Source: Ramazzottius varieornatus | Lineage: Eukaryota; Animalia; Tardigrada | Assembly (NCBI GenBank): GCA_001949185.1 | Contig: BDGG01000014.1 | Coordinates: forward strand, 403,378-467,377 | Reading direction: 5' to 3' | Length of the DNA stretch: 64,000 nt | Part shown: positions 24,923 through 37,562 of the stretch, one piece after another | Numbering within the stretch: position 1 is the stretch's first letter | How the letters are laid out: each line of letters starts with the position of its first letter | Program-made: the position numbers and the translations under genes | The notes under the pieces: model-generated | What the model was told of the DNA's origin: nothing | Seen by the model: the letters and a program-made list of their open reading frames with translations, nothing else | Databases searched by the model: none

Positions 24923-27216
24923 TTAGACAGCCGGCGCGATATCGTAGACAATCTCTACCGCGCCAACGCCTGGTCGCCTGACATGGGTCCGCAATCGTGG
25001 ATTGTCCACATCTTCTGACGCCACTGACACTATATCTGATTCTTCTTCCGGAAACGACTCCAAATAGAGCGTAACCGAAGGGTTAGGAAGGTCGAAACAA
25101 CGTCGTTCAGCTGAAGTCGCTTCACCCATGTCAGTCTTCCCTTGATTGCTGATTGTCACGGTAGGCTCAACTTGTGCCTTGATCCAGAAGCCAGCTTGAT
25201 TAGTAACTCCGACCAAGTTGGAATGGCTTCCGAATCGATCAGTAAAGCTATTCTTTACCACACCGACTTGATTGCTTGGGTGGCCATCAGCTAGTACAGG
25301 CTTTTGGGGGCTGGAAGCAAAGATGAGCTTCAGCGCCTGTTTGTCCTGCAGGTAAACATTGACGCCATGGAATGTTTTGCGATCAACGGTCAAGCAAGCA
25401 CGGTGGTCTGAACGGAGACTTCTTCGGATCTTGTTTTGTATTTTCTTAGGGAGCGAGACGATAGGATAGTGAGGCTGGGGAGGATGGATGGTCACCCGGA
25501 GAGCGCCGTCAGGGTACAGCCACTTTATCCGGCCTGATGGACATCGTAGGTATTCTTGCTGGACTGATCCGTCTGCCACTACCGACCGCTTCGTCCTGCA
25601 GCGAAAAAAACGACAGTTTACAATTTGCCGGAAATTACTTGACTGCCGGAGATCTTCATTTCCTACAGTGAATTCAATGCAGTATCTAATTTTTGAACTT
25701 GAAGAAATCGTAAAAAAACAGCGTCAAAAGGCAGCTGATACAGTAAAAAGACCGGTCAAACGTTAGCACATGACGTCATCGCGATGGAAGGCTGCAACAC
25801 GCAGCCGCAGTGAAGCCTTGCGGGAGTTGATACGGCAAACTTAGTAAGTCATCTCTTTTCGTTTGCACCGTTTCGTGCGAGGGGTTTTAAATTTACCTCC
25901 GATTTCCTACTGGACTGTATGCAGGATGGTGAGTCAAAGATTTGGACTTTCGATACGGTTTGGCGCTTTCTGGTCGTCAAGTGTTTATTGACCCTTGACA
26001 TTTACAACCGTTGGAACATTAAGCCATCAATCAATTACCGTTATAATCAGAGCCTCGTTGCCTTCCTTCCCTTTCTGTCGATCTCGAAACTCGTCATGTG
26101 GATCGGCTGTCCTTCTTCCTCAAAGCTCCATCTCAAATATCGCTGCACTTGTGCACACATGCGAATTATCAGCGTAAACGAATCGCATCAAGGCTGATTA
26201 TGTTGCTGCACATCAGCTAGAAGGCATTAATTAGCACACTCTACCTTCTTTCCCTTCACAAATGCAAAGTAAGCTGGTCATACTCTCTGACAAGGAGGCA
26301 TAGATGATCAGGCGGCAAGTTGGTCATCAAAGCTGGCACAACCTGCTCTTTGTTATCCTAATGCTAATCGCATTATCCTTCCAGACATTCTACAGAAACG
26401 GAACTAACGTTGCTCGTCTCTCTTCCTTTCGCAAAGCTAATTGTCGCCGCGACAATCTCTCCCCATGTTGACCCTCTTAGCCGTCTTCAAGTGGACATGG
26501 ATACACTTGGCCAAAGAACAAAAAATAACAAAGCCCGAAATGGAACTTCTCAATAGGACGATTAGCGATCAATCATGCGGCCAGCTTTGAAGAAAATGGA
26601 CAGGTAAAAATTTTCCAGGTAAAGCGGCGCATGCTGTTATTTTCTGTTCGCAGGTAGATGTCTCAATTTCCTTGCGCATGGGGTGAACCAACGCTGTGCA
26701 CAACCTCCTGCGACTTGCACCGGCATACAAATTGTGGAATTTGTAATCCAGTCGTCAAATGAACGCCTTGGAAAATCAGCTTTTGCGTAATACTTGACAC
26801 ATTAGCTTGAACGTGACACAACAATGACGCGCGATTTACATATTGAAAGAGTATATCCTAGTTTCTAATTTGAGGGATGCGACAACTCGGTAAACAAACT
26901 GGCCACGATCACTTTTCCAAGTGGCGCACGCTCCAAGCCAATAAGACCAGAAACGTGCGCTACTTGGGAGAGCGATCGTGTCGAGTTCGTTTGCCGAGTT
27001 TCCATATTCTTACATGCCAATCCAGTCACAGTCTTCCATGCCTCCATACACAGAGAAAATATCGTCTTGTGGTGATGACAGTCCAGGTGTAGGATGTATG
27101 GGAAGTGCCAGCGCGGGTTTCCACGATGAAAGGACCGACACAAGGGAGAACGCCACCAGGACGGTCAGCCGCAGCGGCGCAACGGACGTCACCGCAAATC
27201 CCGGCGGTTTTCCCAT
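24923..27216 (-). CDS. Meteorin/METRNL-like secreted protein (N-terminal domain only); 2 exons
   Basis: Exon 1 27216-27014 (signal peptide, DCDWIGM, cf. meteorin DRCSWxGS) splices in phase 2 to exon 2 25595-24923 (VQQEYLRCPSGRIKWLYPDGALRVTIHP, cf. VEQVYLRCxxGxVEWMYPTGALxVNLRP; later TLYLES). Confidence 0.8.
26884..27000. repeat. Palindromic hairpin element (CCAAGTGGCGCACG..CGTGCGCYACTTGG family) in the meteorin-like intron
   Basis: ~48 bp imperfect arms around a ~22 nt loop; related units at 30480-30645, 58225-58395 and 58935-59135. Confidence 0.8.
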
Positions 27217-28422
27217 CGTTCGTCCGGATACTAGTCTAGATATTCCACGATGAATATTAACATTAACAGTTTCGATCCATGGACTCCTTCAGTGAACAGC
27301 ATGGCGTTTCTTTCAGACAGATTATTGGTCAAATTCCACAGAATAAAGAACGCAGCCGTGAAATATGTTTACTCTCTTGTTCGATGCAGTCACGATATCG
27401 GGTTGTCAGGTCAGAACGTGCTGAGAAGAAAACTCCAACAAAAAGTCAGTCAGCACAGAATTTATTCCATGGCGATAACGGAACAGCAAGTGAGCCAGAG
27501 CCAAATTCTTTCAACAAAATAAACCAGTGAAAACTGCTTGTGTAAGTCATGTCAAATCCAAGGGGCAAGTCGGGAGGCGGTGCTTTGAATCCGATTGGCC
27601 AACCTTAAACCACAGTCGTCAAGCCAAACTTCCAAAGACGGCCAACCAGCCATCGAAGGTTTCACTCCGTATGTCCCGAGAAACCGGAATCAGATTTTCT
27701 TCAATTTTGTTCACGCGATAATATAAACAAAATATTTTCGCACAAATTTTGCTTGAAAAAAATTTCGTCAGTGCAGACGATTACTTTAAATAGAGAAATA
27801 ACTTCGACAGCGTATAACCTTGCGAAATACCAGGACGACGGTATATGAAAACTTGTCTGGTCAGGCAATTACTAAGCGACCTACCTCACGGGATCAGTGC
27901 ATTGTTTTGTAGGCTGCGCTACAGTCTGGAACTGTGCGAATGCACCATACCTCGATGAAGAGGCCGAGCGATCCCTTCTGAGCGCGAAGCCGTGAGGTCC
28001 AGTTTTGCGGCTGCCGCCCTTGGTGAACGTTCCTCGTTTTCCTTGACCACGCGTTGGTCGGAGAAGAGGAGGAAGGGGTCGCAGTCCGAGCGGTCAGGTC
28101 CACCAATAAATCAAAGAAAATATTGCCTGGTTTGAAGAGCACAGGGTGCTGTACTCGTATAACAGACCGAGAAACGCAGTGGCGGACGGGATAACAGCGG
28201 TAGGATCAGTAGGTGGCGACACCGCTGTGCAAGCTGCTGGACTGCAATTGTTATTGTAATTATTCTTGTATTGACTGTATTTCAAAAGCTCTTCCTTTCA
28301 CCGCTGGCAGAGACGGAAAGCTGAAAATAACCCAAGCTTATGATGACCAAGTGACCAAAAAAGCCACCAGCAGTCCAGAAGGCTAACTTTGCGTATAGGT
28401 CAATTAAAACAGCCGTGTGTCG

Positions 28423-28617
28423 TACACGCACGAAAAGGACGTTTGGGTCAGACGATTCCGAAACAGCTGAACTGAAGTACGTACGTGGGTGTATAATTTA
28501 CACTAGACTTCACACCCGTGCCCTTTTCGTCAATTTTCTACGGTTGAATGTTCAGTTTTCCGTCTTTCCGTCTAGCCCAGACTTTTTACTGGCCCTAACG
28601 TTCTTTTCCTGCGTGCA
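28423..28617. mobile_element. MITE family B (TACACGCACG TIR)
   Basis: tacacgcacgaaaaggacgtttgggtcag / ctggccctaacgttcttttcctgcgtgca; internal sequence shared with 31449-31619. Confidence 0.75.
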
Positions 28618-29609
28618 CAGTACAACGGTGCAGTTGTTGAGTTAGCCGGCGTGGGCCGAGGTTGCTGAGTTAGCCATACACTGCAGCCAGTAGGCCGTTT
28701 GAAGGCCTACTCTTAACAACTGCTGGCTAACTCTACAACCGTTCCTACGGCCGGCTAACTTAATATAACACCTCCCTCGTAGGTTCGTTTCAACTTGAAG
28801 GCGAAATAGCGTTTCGTTTTTCTCCCCGTTACTTTTGTGGAGAGTTCCGGAGGCTGTGCAAGGTCCGGACGCGATGCATTTTTTCTACCTGTACGAGTCC
28901 AGACATGCATAGGGTGTAAATTCAGAAGATACAGGTGATCCTTCTCCTGAATTCCCAAGGGGATCGATGATGTTACCGATCGACGATCGAGGAACTCAAT
29001 AAACGTCTTACTATTTACCCAGTTCGCGACCGTTCACCTATTCTAATATTATTCTTGTATCGACCTAATCACATTATAGCTTCGCGGCGCCTACCGTCAG
29101 AGCTGCAGGTGTTGCCTACCGATTCACGCAAACCGCTACATTGATCTTCCCGAACGTTTACAAGCACTTACATATCCCCGAAGACCCTCATGAAATATTC
29201 CTCGTATCCGAAATCGATATCAGCTATGCCATTGTGTTACGACCAGCGATCAACGAAGAGTAACAAGAGCCTTGGACCAGTAGCTCATCCAACGACCTGC
29301 TCATCTACCTGTCACAATTCGACATCCCAAAGAACTTTGCACGCACTTGTAATGACGATCGCAAACAGAAGGCCGGTTGGATCTTATTGTACGTCGAGTA
29401 TCGCCATTGTCGTGCAATGTTTGCACACTTACACTTTAATGTGCGGACCAGACGGCAAATCGTTACACGCTTCAAGTCCGGATCCCGCTGTCCTCTTTTT
29501 TGATTTTACTGCTTTCGAAAAAGGGGATAACTTTGATCATTATACGATCTGATTCTTTTGCGAGGTTTACTTCGGGGTCTGATAAACGTATGGGTGGTGA
29601 AGTCTGACA

Positions 29610-32317
29610 ATGCCGAGCCGATCGTTGGAACTTGTACCTATTCTTCTTCGGAAGAATTCGATCACACCTTCAAAGTTCGAAGCCAGCAATGCCACCATCA
29701 ACTGGCATTCCTCCACGCTGAACGGCGCCGATTCCCGCGTCGACGTTGCTCATATGAACAGTTCCTTCCTCGACCAATTCACCACCACCACCAACCGCGC
29801 TGACCCTGCCTTGAACGGCAGTTCCATCATGCATGACAACCTCTTCCTCCACCCGGAAGTTCACAACCCTGTGCACCATCATAAGAACGGCAAGGTGGGT
29901 AACGGTAACGGTAACGCTAACGCTAACGGAAACGGCAACTTCCTCTTCGGACAAACGACCATCGAAATGTCTCCGGATGAAGTCCTGGGCGAAGGCGTGA
30001 CGCAGAAACGGCTCGGTCGACTCTTCGGTCCGTTGATCGTCCTGATGTCCGTCGTCGGCCTTTACCATCCGTCCAGCGAAGATGTGGGCTTGACCAGGGA
30101 CGCCTGCTTGGCTGGTGCATGGGTCGTGCGCTACGGCTTGATGGTCTGGAACGCCGTGGTGGCGCTGTATGTCCTGTTCAACGTGGTCGTGGTCGGATAT
30201 TACGTCAACGTCCGGGACGGGTTGCATGTTGTGAACGTGACGGAACTGCTGGTCTTGACGAGGATGCTGAATGCCTTGCTGCATGTCGGACTGTTCTTCC
30301 TGGTCTTTGAGTCGAGTGGCAGGTATGAGGAGATGCTGGAAGCGTGGACCATTTGGATGAGATGGAAGTCGGGAGGAAACCTGGGTAGTGCGAAACGAGA
30401 CGTCCTTATCATCACACTTTGCTCAGGTACAATTCCAACAGTACGGGTAATTTGGATGCTGGGCAAACAAAACTTGCCCAGATTATCTTCTCAGGTGGCG
30501 TACGCTTTCAGCCAACATAGCCATTAGACTGCGCTACTTGGAAAACCGATTCTGTCGATTTTGCTTGTGTTCTCAAGTGGCGCATGCTTGCAGTGTTATA
30601 AACGTAGAGAGTTCGCCATGTGGAAAACGAACTTGTCCAGTTTGTTTCCCTCGGTCCTATTTCAGGATGGACTTTCTAATTATGTGGAGTTTCTGTAGTG
30701 GTCTTCGCAACGGTTCCCTCCATCTTGATCGGGCTGGATACCTATGGCCGTGTTCCCGGCATGACGCTGGCAAACACTGCATTTGCGCAACAGCGTCTAT
30801 CGGCTGACATAGCTGCTTGGAATCAAAGTCCCCGAGAGAACTTCATCGTCGCCATGACTGTGACGAACTTCATTATTGCCTGCTTCATCGGTTTCATCAG
30901 CGCCATCTGTGCCGTCTTGGTTCACGAGCTCCGCCTACTGTCACGCGAAATCCGTGTGGAGATTCGTGGACAAGCCGTCATTTGGGATATGAAAATCGAG
31001 CCGTTTTCTGGGCAGGAAGTGACTACCATGGAGTACATGAGGCGGAAACACGGGAAACTTGTTGATGTGATCGGCACGGTGGATAAAAGCTTCCGGGAAA
31101 TGCTGTTCTTCCATTTTCTGTTTGGGTTACCCATGCTGATATTTGGGCTGTATGTAATGCTCGTGGCCGCGCCAGTTCATGAGATATCGGTCAAGGGAAC
31201 GATATTGCTGTTGGCGGTGCTGTCCATATTGGAGATGTTCTTTGTATGGCTATGGGCGGTTCGAGTGCATATCTGGGTATGCCTAGCACAAATAACGAGA
31301 CACATAACACTTTGTCAGAGATCTAAAAGTAACTTGTGACTGTCGTAGGCTCATCAGCCCGTAAAAATTATGCCATCTCTTGACATTCACGAACGAAAGG
31401 AAATATCTCACGCACATCAAACTTCGGTACGATATTGTGCGAAGACCGTACACGCACGCTGAGGAAGTTTGGACCAGGCGATTCCGAAAGGGCGGCAGGA
31501 AAGTACGTACGTACGCGACCAGTTCGCCGTAATTTTCTACGGTTAAATGTCTATCCTTTGCCGTCTTTTCCGCCTCGTCCATACTGTTTACTGGCCCAAA
31601 CTTCTTCAGCGTGGGTGTATGTTATGTATAGATATGCTGTTGAACGTTTTCGTGAACTGCGCTTTTTCTACAATGCATTCAGAAATTACTTTCCAGCTTG
31701 ACTTGTTCCTGACGAGACTGACGCAGGATGAAATCGGTCTGTCCCTATGGGGCATCGTGCCTCTAACGAAACATTTCTTTCTTGCGGTAAGCACGCACGC
31801 ACATCCGGTCTCTCGGGCTGCTTCGCACTGTAATAGATGAAATCGTTTCTTTTCGCAGGTGTTGCTGCTGGTCACAACATACCTAATCCTCCTGACCGAA
31901 CACAGCTCTTGTTCACTGACCAATATGCCTCCACTGAGATCGTCAACTGCTTCTTCCAAATCGGCGCCTTCCGTCTTCTTCCCGCCTTCGCTCTCCAGTC
32001 CGTCCTTCTATCCCTTCGGAAATCATTCTCGGCTGGACAATACGAGCCTCTTCTTGCTTGATGTCCGAGACGTACTGTTCGAGAATGGCTCCGCGGTATC
32101 CCCATTTTTCATTGCTTCCGCGCTACAGAACAGCAAGGACTTCAGTGTATTGGAGAATGCTCTACGGCACCATAACGAAACTTCGACATTGCTATCCCGC
32201 ACTAATGCCTTTCTTCCGGATGAGTCCAATTGGTCAGACCCACTAGGAAACATTTCTGTACATTTTCCGTCTCAATGGAACAGTTCTGAAAATACAGCCT
32301 TACCGCGCCATCGATAA
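29610..32317 (+). CDS. Gustatory receptor-like (GR/GRL, 7tm_7) chemoreceptor; 5 exons
   Basis: Exons 29610-30426, 30699-31276, 31349-31426, 31697-31786, 31859-32317. Multiple TM segments, three phase-0 introns near the C-terminus, LDLFLTRL..IGLSLWGIVPLTKHFFLAVLLLVTTYLILLTE (GR TYhhhhhQ motif with Q->E). Confidence 0.85.
31449..31619. mobile_element. MITE family B in a GR intron
   Basis: tacacgcacgctgaggaagtttggaccag / ctggcccaaacttcttcagcgtgggtgta; TA ends. Confidence 0.85.
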
Positions 32318-32670
32318 AATTTTCTTCCAGATTTCAACGTGAACTTTTATGGCAGTTCTTTTCTTGATCTTTTTTCCGGTGTTACGGTATTATATCAGAC
32401 ACTCGCATACGGTTTCTAGTTTTTCCATTAGTAACAAACAGGAGATGTAACTGGAGGGCTGGTCTGTAAAAATATTAGATACGACCAATGAAAGCATACT
32501 GTAACTGCGCACGCAGCACTAGATATTTGTTATTGTCGCGGTTCTCCATCTTTTAACGGGATTCCGGTAGAAAAGAACTTCATCTTGATTCAGTCAGCCT
32601 GGTTCTCTGTGATTTTCCGTCGGACCCCTGTTTACAGCTTCTGCATTTGGCTTTTGCGTTTATACCATAG

Positions 32671-33086
32671 TATGGTGAGCCGAGCGACTCACAAAACCAC
32701 AGTACTTTCACCGAGGGCGGATGAGCGGAGAGTTCCGCGCATTCACCCGCGGACTATGACAAGGGTTTTACCGGGGGTGTACGCGCGGGTAAATCCTTTT
32801 CTGCGTAATGATGGGAGGTTTAACTGGTTTCTGCGCATGGATGCGCGCTTCAGTTGACTTACAATTCATCCGCGGGTGCATGAGCGGTGAGACTGCTTGA
32901 CTTTATCCCCGAGTTGAAACGCGTTTGCCCGCGGGTGGGATGAGCGGATAAAATGTTTGTTCCATGCGTACACCCGTGGTGGGACTTCTGCTACAGTCCG
33001 GGGGTGGATGGGCGGAAAAACTATTTCTTCGCGCATCCGACCGCGGAGAAAGTACTGTGGACTTTTGAGTCGAGCGTTTCACCATA
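32671..33086. mobile_element. MITE with ~57 bp imperfect TIRs, TA ends
   Basis: tatggtgagccgagcgactcacaaaaccacagtactttc.. vs ..gaaagtactgtggacttttgagtcgagcgtttcaccata. Confidence 0.8.
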
Positions 33087-34273
33087 CCTTTGCGTCCATT
33101 CGGAGTCTCACCTTTCTTGTCTCTATATGTACTATGTGTTGCAACTGAGTCCGTGATTACCTTTAAGAAGCTGTGGACCTCATAAGGTTCAAAGTTTTGT
33201 TTCGCAAATAGGGTACATGATTGTGCACCCGGTTTGTGCACCACTGTGCGCGACACAATGCGCATGAGATCGACGAAAACGTCCGTCCCACATTCCGAAG
33301 GAAGTATGGCGTTACGAGACAAGTGTTACGATCAGTGCAGATGGACACGCTCGGCTCACACTTGGGAACTTCCAGTCGGCACATCCTTTCAATATTACGG
33401 GCTAATCCCCTTGTTTCGTGAGGTTTCCCCTTCTTCGAACAAGCCTAACACTCGCCTCAGTTAATCCACCGGCGATAGATGTCAAAGGACGGGTTCAATC
33501 GAGTATGACGTCTAGCTTTCAGGATGATCGCGCAACAACATGCCTCTCCAACCATTGACGTCCTTCCCTTCGTCTGACCGAGCCTCGTATGCATGCAGCA
33601 AATCTGATCTTGACGTTCTCAAGAGGATTGTATTGAGGAGAAGGAGTGCCTATCGACTGTTTCCGCCGATATGGCTCTAGATAAGGCCCTGCCGTGTTGC
33701 AAAAATAATGAGAAGGAAGACGCTGATGGGCTAGCTCTTCCATTTCACATGGCGCCTCCGCGCAATCGTTATTCCCGTCCTTATCGACACACATTCCTCA
33801 AATCAGTCTGACGCGCTCGCAGCGCCAAGCCTTACAGCATCCCAATCGCGCCTGACGTTTTCTCGCTGGTGACGCTTTACGGTAATCAGCAAAGTGCTTT
33901 TTGAAATCGCAGATCCGGATCGCTTTTATTATTTCCTATCACCATCGGCGGATCGAACCGCTTTGGAAAAATATTCACCTGTTTTCGGAAATCTGTTCTC
34001 CCATCTGTACACTCTTTCTTGTTGTGCGTGAATCTCACAGTGGAGGATTCATCCCGAATTACCATGTCCGATATATGAAAATAGGTAATCATTCACTTTC
34101 GGACGACTTCCATTCTCAACCCGGCAATATTATGCGGTTTTCGTTCAGAGCCTGCTGATCCGTTCTCAGGCGGTTTTTTGCTAATTGTTCCAATTTATCA
34201 GTAGGTACAGCATTCTTCGGTTTAACAAAATTCAGTTGGCTATTTTTCAGGAAGTTGATAGTGAAAATACGCG

Positions 34274-34918
34274 ATGTCGGACACCAAGGATGACGACCAA
34301 CAGCGAGAGAAAGTCAAAAAACGCCTGTTGTGCCAGCAAGGCCAATCGTCTTCGAAACTCGACTATAAAGGTGTCAAGTCTTATCTCCACCAGTTCTATG
34401 ACTTCGCTACGGATTCTCACGACAAGGAATACCACATCCGAACCCGCCACGTTCGAATGTACTCGTTGTGTTGGCGCACCGCTTTGACCATCGGCATCAT
34501 TTTTATCGTCGGCGGACTTCTCGCTGCCCTTCTTGCTTACCTCATCCCCCGTAAGAGAGTCTTAGTCGAGGAGGAAGATGACATTGTCATCATGGACAAG
34601 GACGCCGTGTGGTTCAACCGTATACTGGACTATGTGAAACTGGCGGGTTTAGCCACCTTCTGTTTCGGTGGACTACTTGCTTCCTTCGCTTTATTCCTCG
34701 CCAGTTGTTGTTTTCGACGGTGTAATGGTGATGCTGGTCGCTACTATGAAGATATCGAACCATCGAACGTCGTGCAAAAGCTGGTGACGGAAAGTCACGA
34801 GAACGACCCCGGAAGTCCGATGGACAAGAAAGTCTTTGGAGTGCAACCTAGCACTTCTGGATCCGAAGGATTTTCCAGTGCAGTTCCGCTTATCACAACA
34901 GAAGAATCTGAGGACTAA
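34274..34918 (+). CDS. NRSN: Neurensin-like membrane protein (single coding exon, 214 aa)
   Basis: GVKSYLHQFYD (neurensin GVRSYLHQFYE motif), two TM segments, AVWFNRILDYVKLAGLATFCFGG. Confidence 0.88.
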   Translation: MSDTKDDDQQREKVKKRLLCQQGQSSSKLDYKGVKSYLHQFYDFATDSHDKEYHIRTRHVRMYSLCWRTALTIGIIFIVGGLLAALLAYLIPRKRVLVEEEDDIVIMDKDAVWFNRILDYVKLAGLATFCFGGLLASFALFLASCCFRRCNGDAGRYYEDIEPSNVVQKLVTESHENDPGSPMDKKVFGVQPSTSGSEGFSSAVPLITTEESED

Positions 34919-36804
34919 TTTCAATTTGTTTGAATTGCACCCGTTACTTTCTAATCAACTCTATGAATGAATACCGCTGTAATTAAATCCGATGGAGATG
35001 GCAGAGTGGATCTGGGGTTTAATCATAAGGTAGGATAATCACGAATTGTGAGAGGTGACGGCGATCGGATAGTAAAATGCAAAATGGGCGTTGTGAAGCA
35101 GCTGCGTCGAGGGGCGACCTGGGTAAGTGGAAGATCCGGACGTGTGTGTTAAACTTATCGATTACAGTACTAAGGGTGATGGAATTCATGGTTGAGCTCC
35201 AGCAGCGTGCTGGCTCTGATATGCGCAATGATTACACGAGCGGCTTAGCGGTCGCAGTTGATTCCACTGCGAAATTCGAGCAACGTTGTATGGAACGCTC
35301 TAGTATCCAGATGTGGGTGGGTACTCCAACTAGAGAGTTTGGCAAGATCGCTAACAGGACAGGATTTAAGAATAACTGGAACTAATACATCTTAGACTTA
35401 CATTACGTACATTGTAAGTGAAGCAATCAATTTAAACTGAAATACTGCGTTCGGCTCTCTAGTTTGATGAAAAGACACCTGGAGCGTTTAGAAAGCAGAA
35501 ACGTCGTCGTATGACGACTCCCAGCTTTAGGAAGACTAAAAAGCCCGTGGCGCCCACTGTTGTCAGGATGCCTCAGGTGTAGGCCGCTCATACCCTTCTA
35601 CCATGGAAACGCGGCAAATGAGATGCAAGTAGCCGCCATATGTGCACGTTACTCTAATACGGAGGCTACAGATCACCGATAGACACACGAAAGGTTGATT
35701 ATATATCTTCCGCTTCTGCGTTATTTTTTAAAATCTTGCAGTGTTGCCCGGAGCAGAAACGTTCTGCCATTCTTTTGGTAAACCTTTTCGGAGATGTAAA
35801 TGAAGCGAAACACCAACTCTTGTGTTTCATCCTCACTCCTCTCGATGTCCACACTGAATGGTCGCTTTGGGACATGACATAAAAAATCTTGAAATGGAGA
35901 TATGCCGGCTTGTCGTCGACTCGCCACAACCTGCTGCAGGTCGCGGTGGGTGACAGGGTTCCCATACCCATTGACCTAACAGCGTCATACGTTTCTCCGT
36001 TGTACCGGCCACACATCATAACATCGAAGAACTACTCGTGAAACGCGCTGCGGATCAGGTTTGTTCGTTCAACCAACTGATGTATTCACTGAAAAACCAC
36101 TTTTAGATTAGTATGGAAATGGACCCTAGTAGCAACACGATGGAGATGCTCTTCTGCTACATCTACATTTTTGAGAAAATTTACCAAAAGAACAAAAAAC
36201 TGTTTATGAATGGAGCTAATCTTCGAGATTTCGATACAATGAATCCACGACATCCACGTGGAGACCTTGCTCGAAACAGACAGAAAGTCCGAAAGAAATT
36301 TCAGACTACGAACCAGGAACAATGCGAATTGTGACGTACCTGTTCTAGCAAGCAACACAAAGTTAGTTTCGAAAACAACATGTGAACCAGAAACGTAATT
36401 TCTACCCGCATACAACTGACAATTTTTTAATCTCTAAGTTCGCCTAACTTCATCCTAAGCATAGTCTCGTCTCGCCTATCCCTTTGCGTCGTCTGTCTTA
36501 ACCCTATATTATTCCTAGTTCCAATGAAAACGTCTATAAGTATAGGCGATCTCAGTACGGCAATACAAAACTTTTCAAATTGCATCCATAGAAAAGCATG
36601 AGACACTCGTAATTAAAATAAAGCCTATGACGTAACGAATTACAGTGTTGAATTACAGTGTTGTCTATCTTACATAAAAAGTGTTTCTGTTAACGTAATG
36701 CATACTTGATACATGTCACGCCGTCTGAGACTACTGGGTCACACATGCTTACTCCTCCTACATACCCTACGTATCCTTCAGCTGTCTTTTCAAGGCCACA
36801 ACAC

Positions 36805-36946
36805 AGAGATTAAGTTACCCCTCCCGTTCATTTTCCCACTGTAGCTAAGACTTAATCCGCCCCTTTTTTGACGCGTAACTACAATTTGCTTTCCGGAGAA
36901 CCCCTTATTTCTGTAAGAAAACGTGTTGGGATTTACGGTTAGCTAG
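36805..36946 (+). repeat. Dispersed ~140 bp repeat, copy 1
   Basis: agagattaa..ctcccgttca..actgtagcta..tccgcccctt..gtaactaca..tttgctttccggag..cccctta..ttacggtt.gctag, matching 39772-39914. Confidence 0.85.
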
Positions 36947-37562
36947 TTGACGTTGAGGAGTGACTTTGAGGCTGATTTTAAGAAATGGTCGTCGCGACAG
37001 CATGATTTTGGAGAATTTGGAAAGAAAATAGTTATTGTCACCCACTCAAATTGGAAATTGATTACGAATACTTTACAGAAAATGTTGCTATGCTATCCTG
37101 TAGTACTGTACGTAAATTACCGTGGTACTTCTTACAAATGCCTATGTCTCTAGCGGCACTGGGTGTAGTATGCGATCTTCTGTGACACTTTACAACGGTA
37201 AATGTGTCGAACTCCTCTAGCGGCACAGGGTCGGATAGCTCGCGTGAGGAGCAAGATGGTTCAATACTGCACGAACCGGAAATAGCCGACGGAGACTTGC
37301 AGAAGCAGTATGCAAGTCTGATGCAATGCCGCATCAGACCGTTTCAACGTAACGAAAACTCTAGAGTTTTGATTATTGATTAGCCCTCATTTTTGTTTCC
37401 GATAAAGCTGGTGTCATTCTATCCGTGTATGGATTTTATGCGGAATAACTATTACGGTGAATGAACTTTGGTTGTGCTGTACTAACACGAAAGCAGGAGT
37501 TTTTCGCATTTTTAGCCACAAGTCGGGCAGGCAGGTACTCGGGGCAGAGAGGCATTGTATCC

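Noticed and set aside
29670-30284. 204-aa antisense ORF (and similar ones opposite the UGT, G-alpha, eIF2-beta and SPATA1 genes)
   Set aside because: These are shadow ORFs produced by codon bias on the coding strand.
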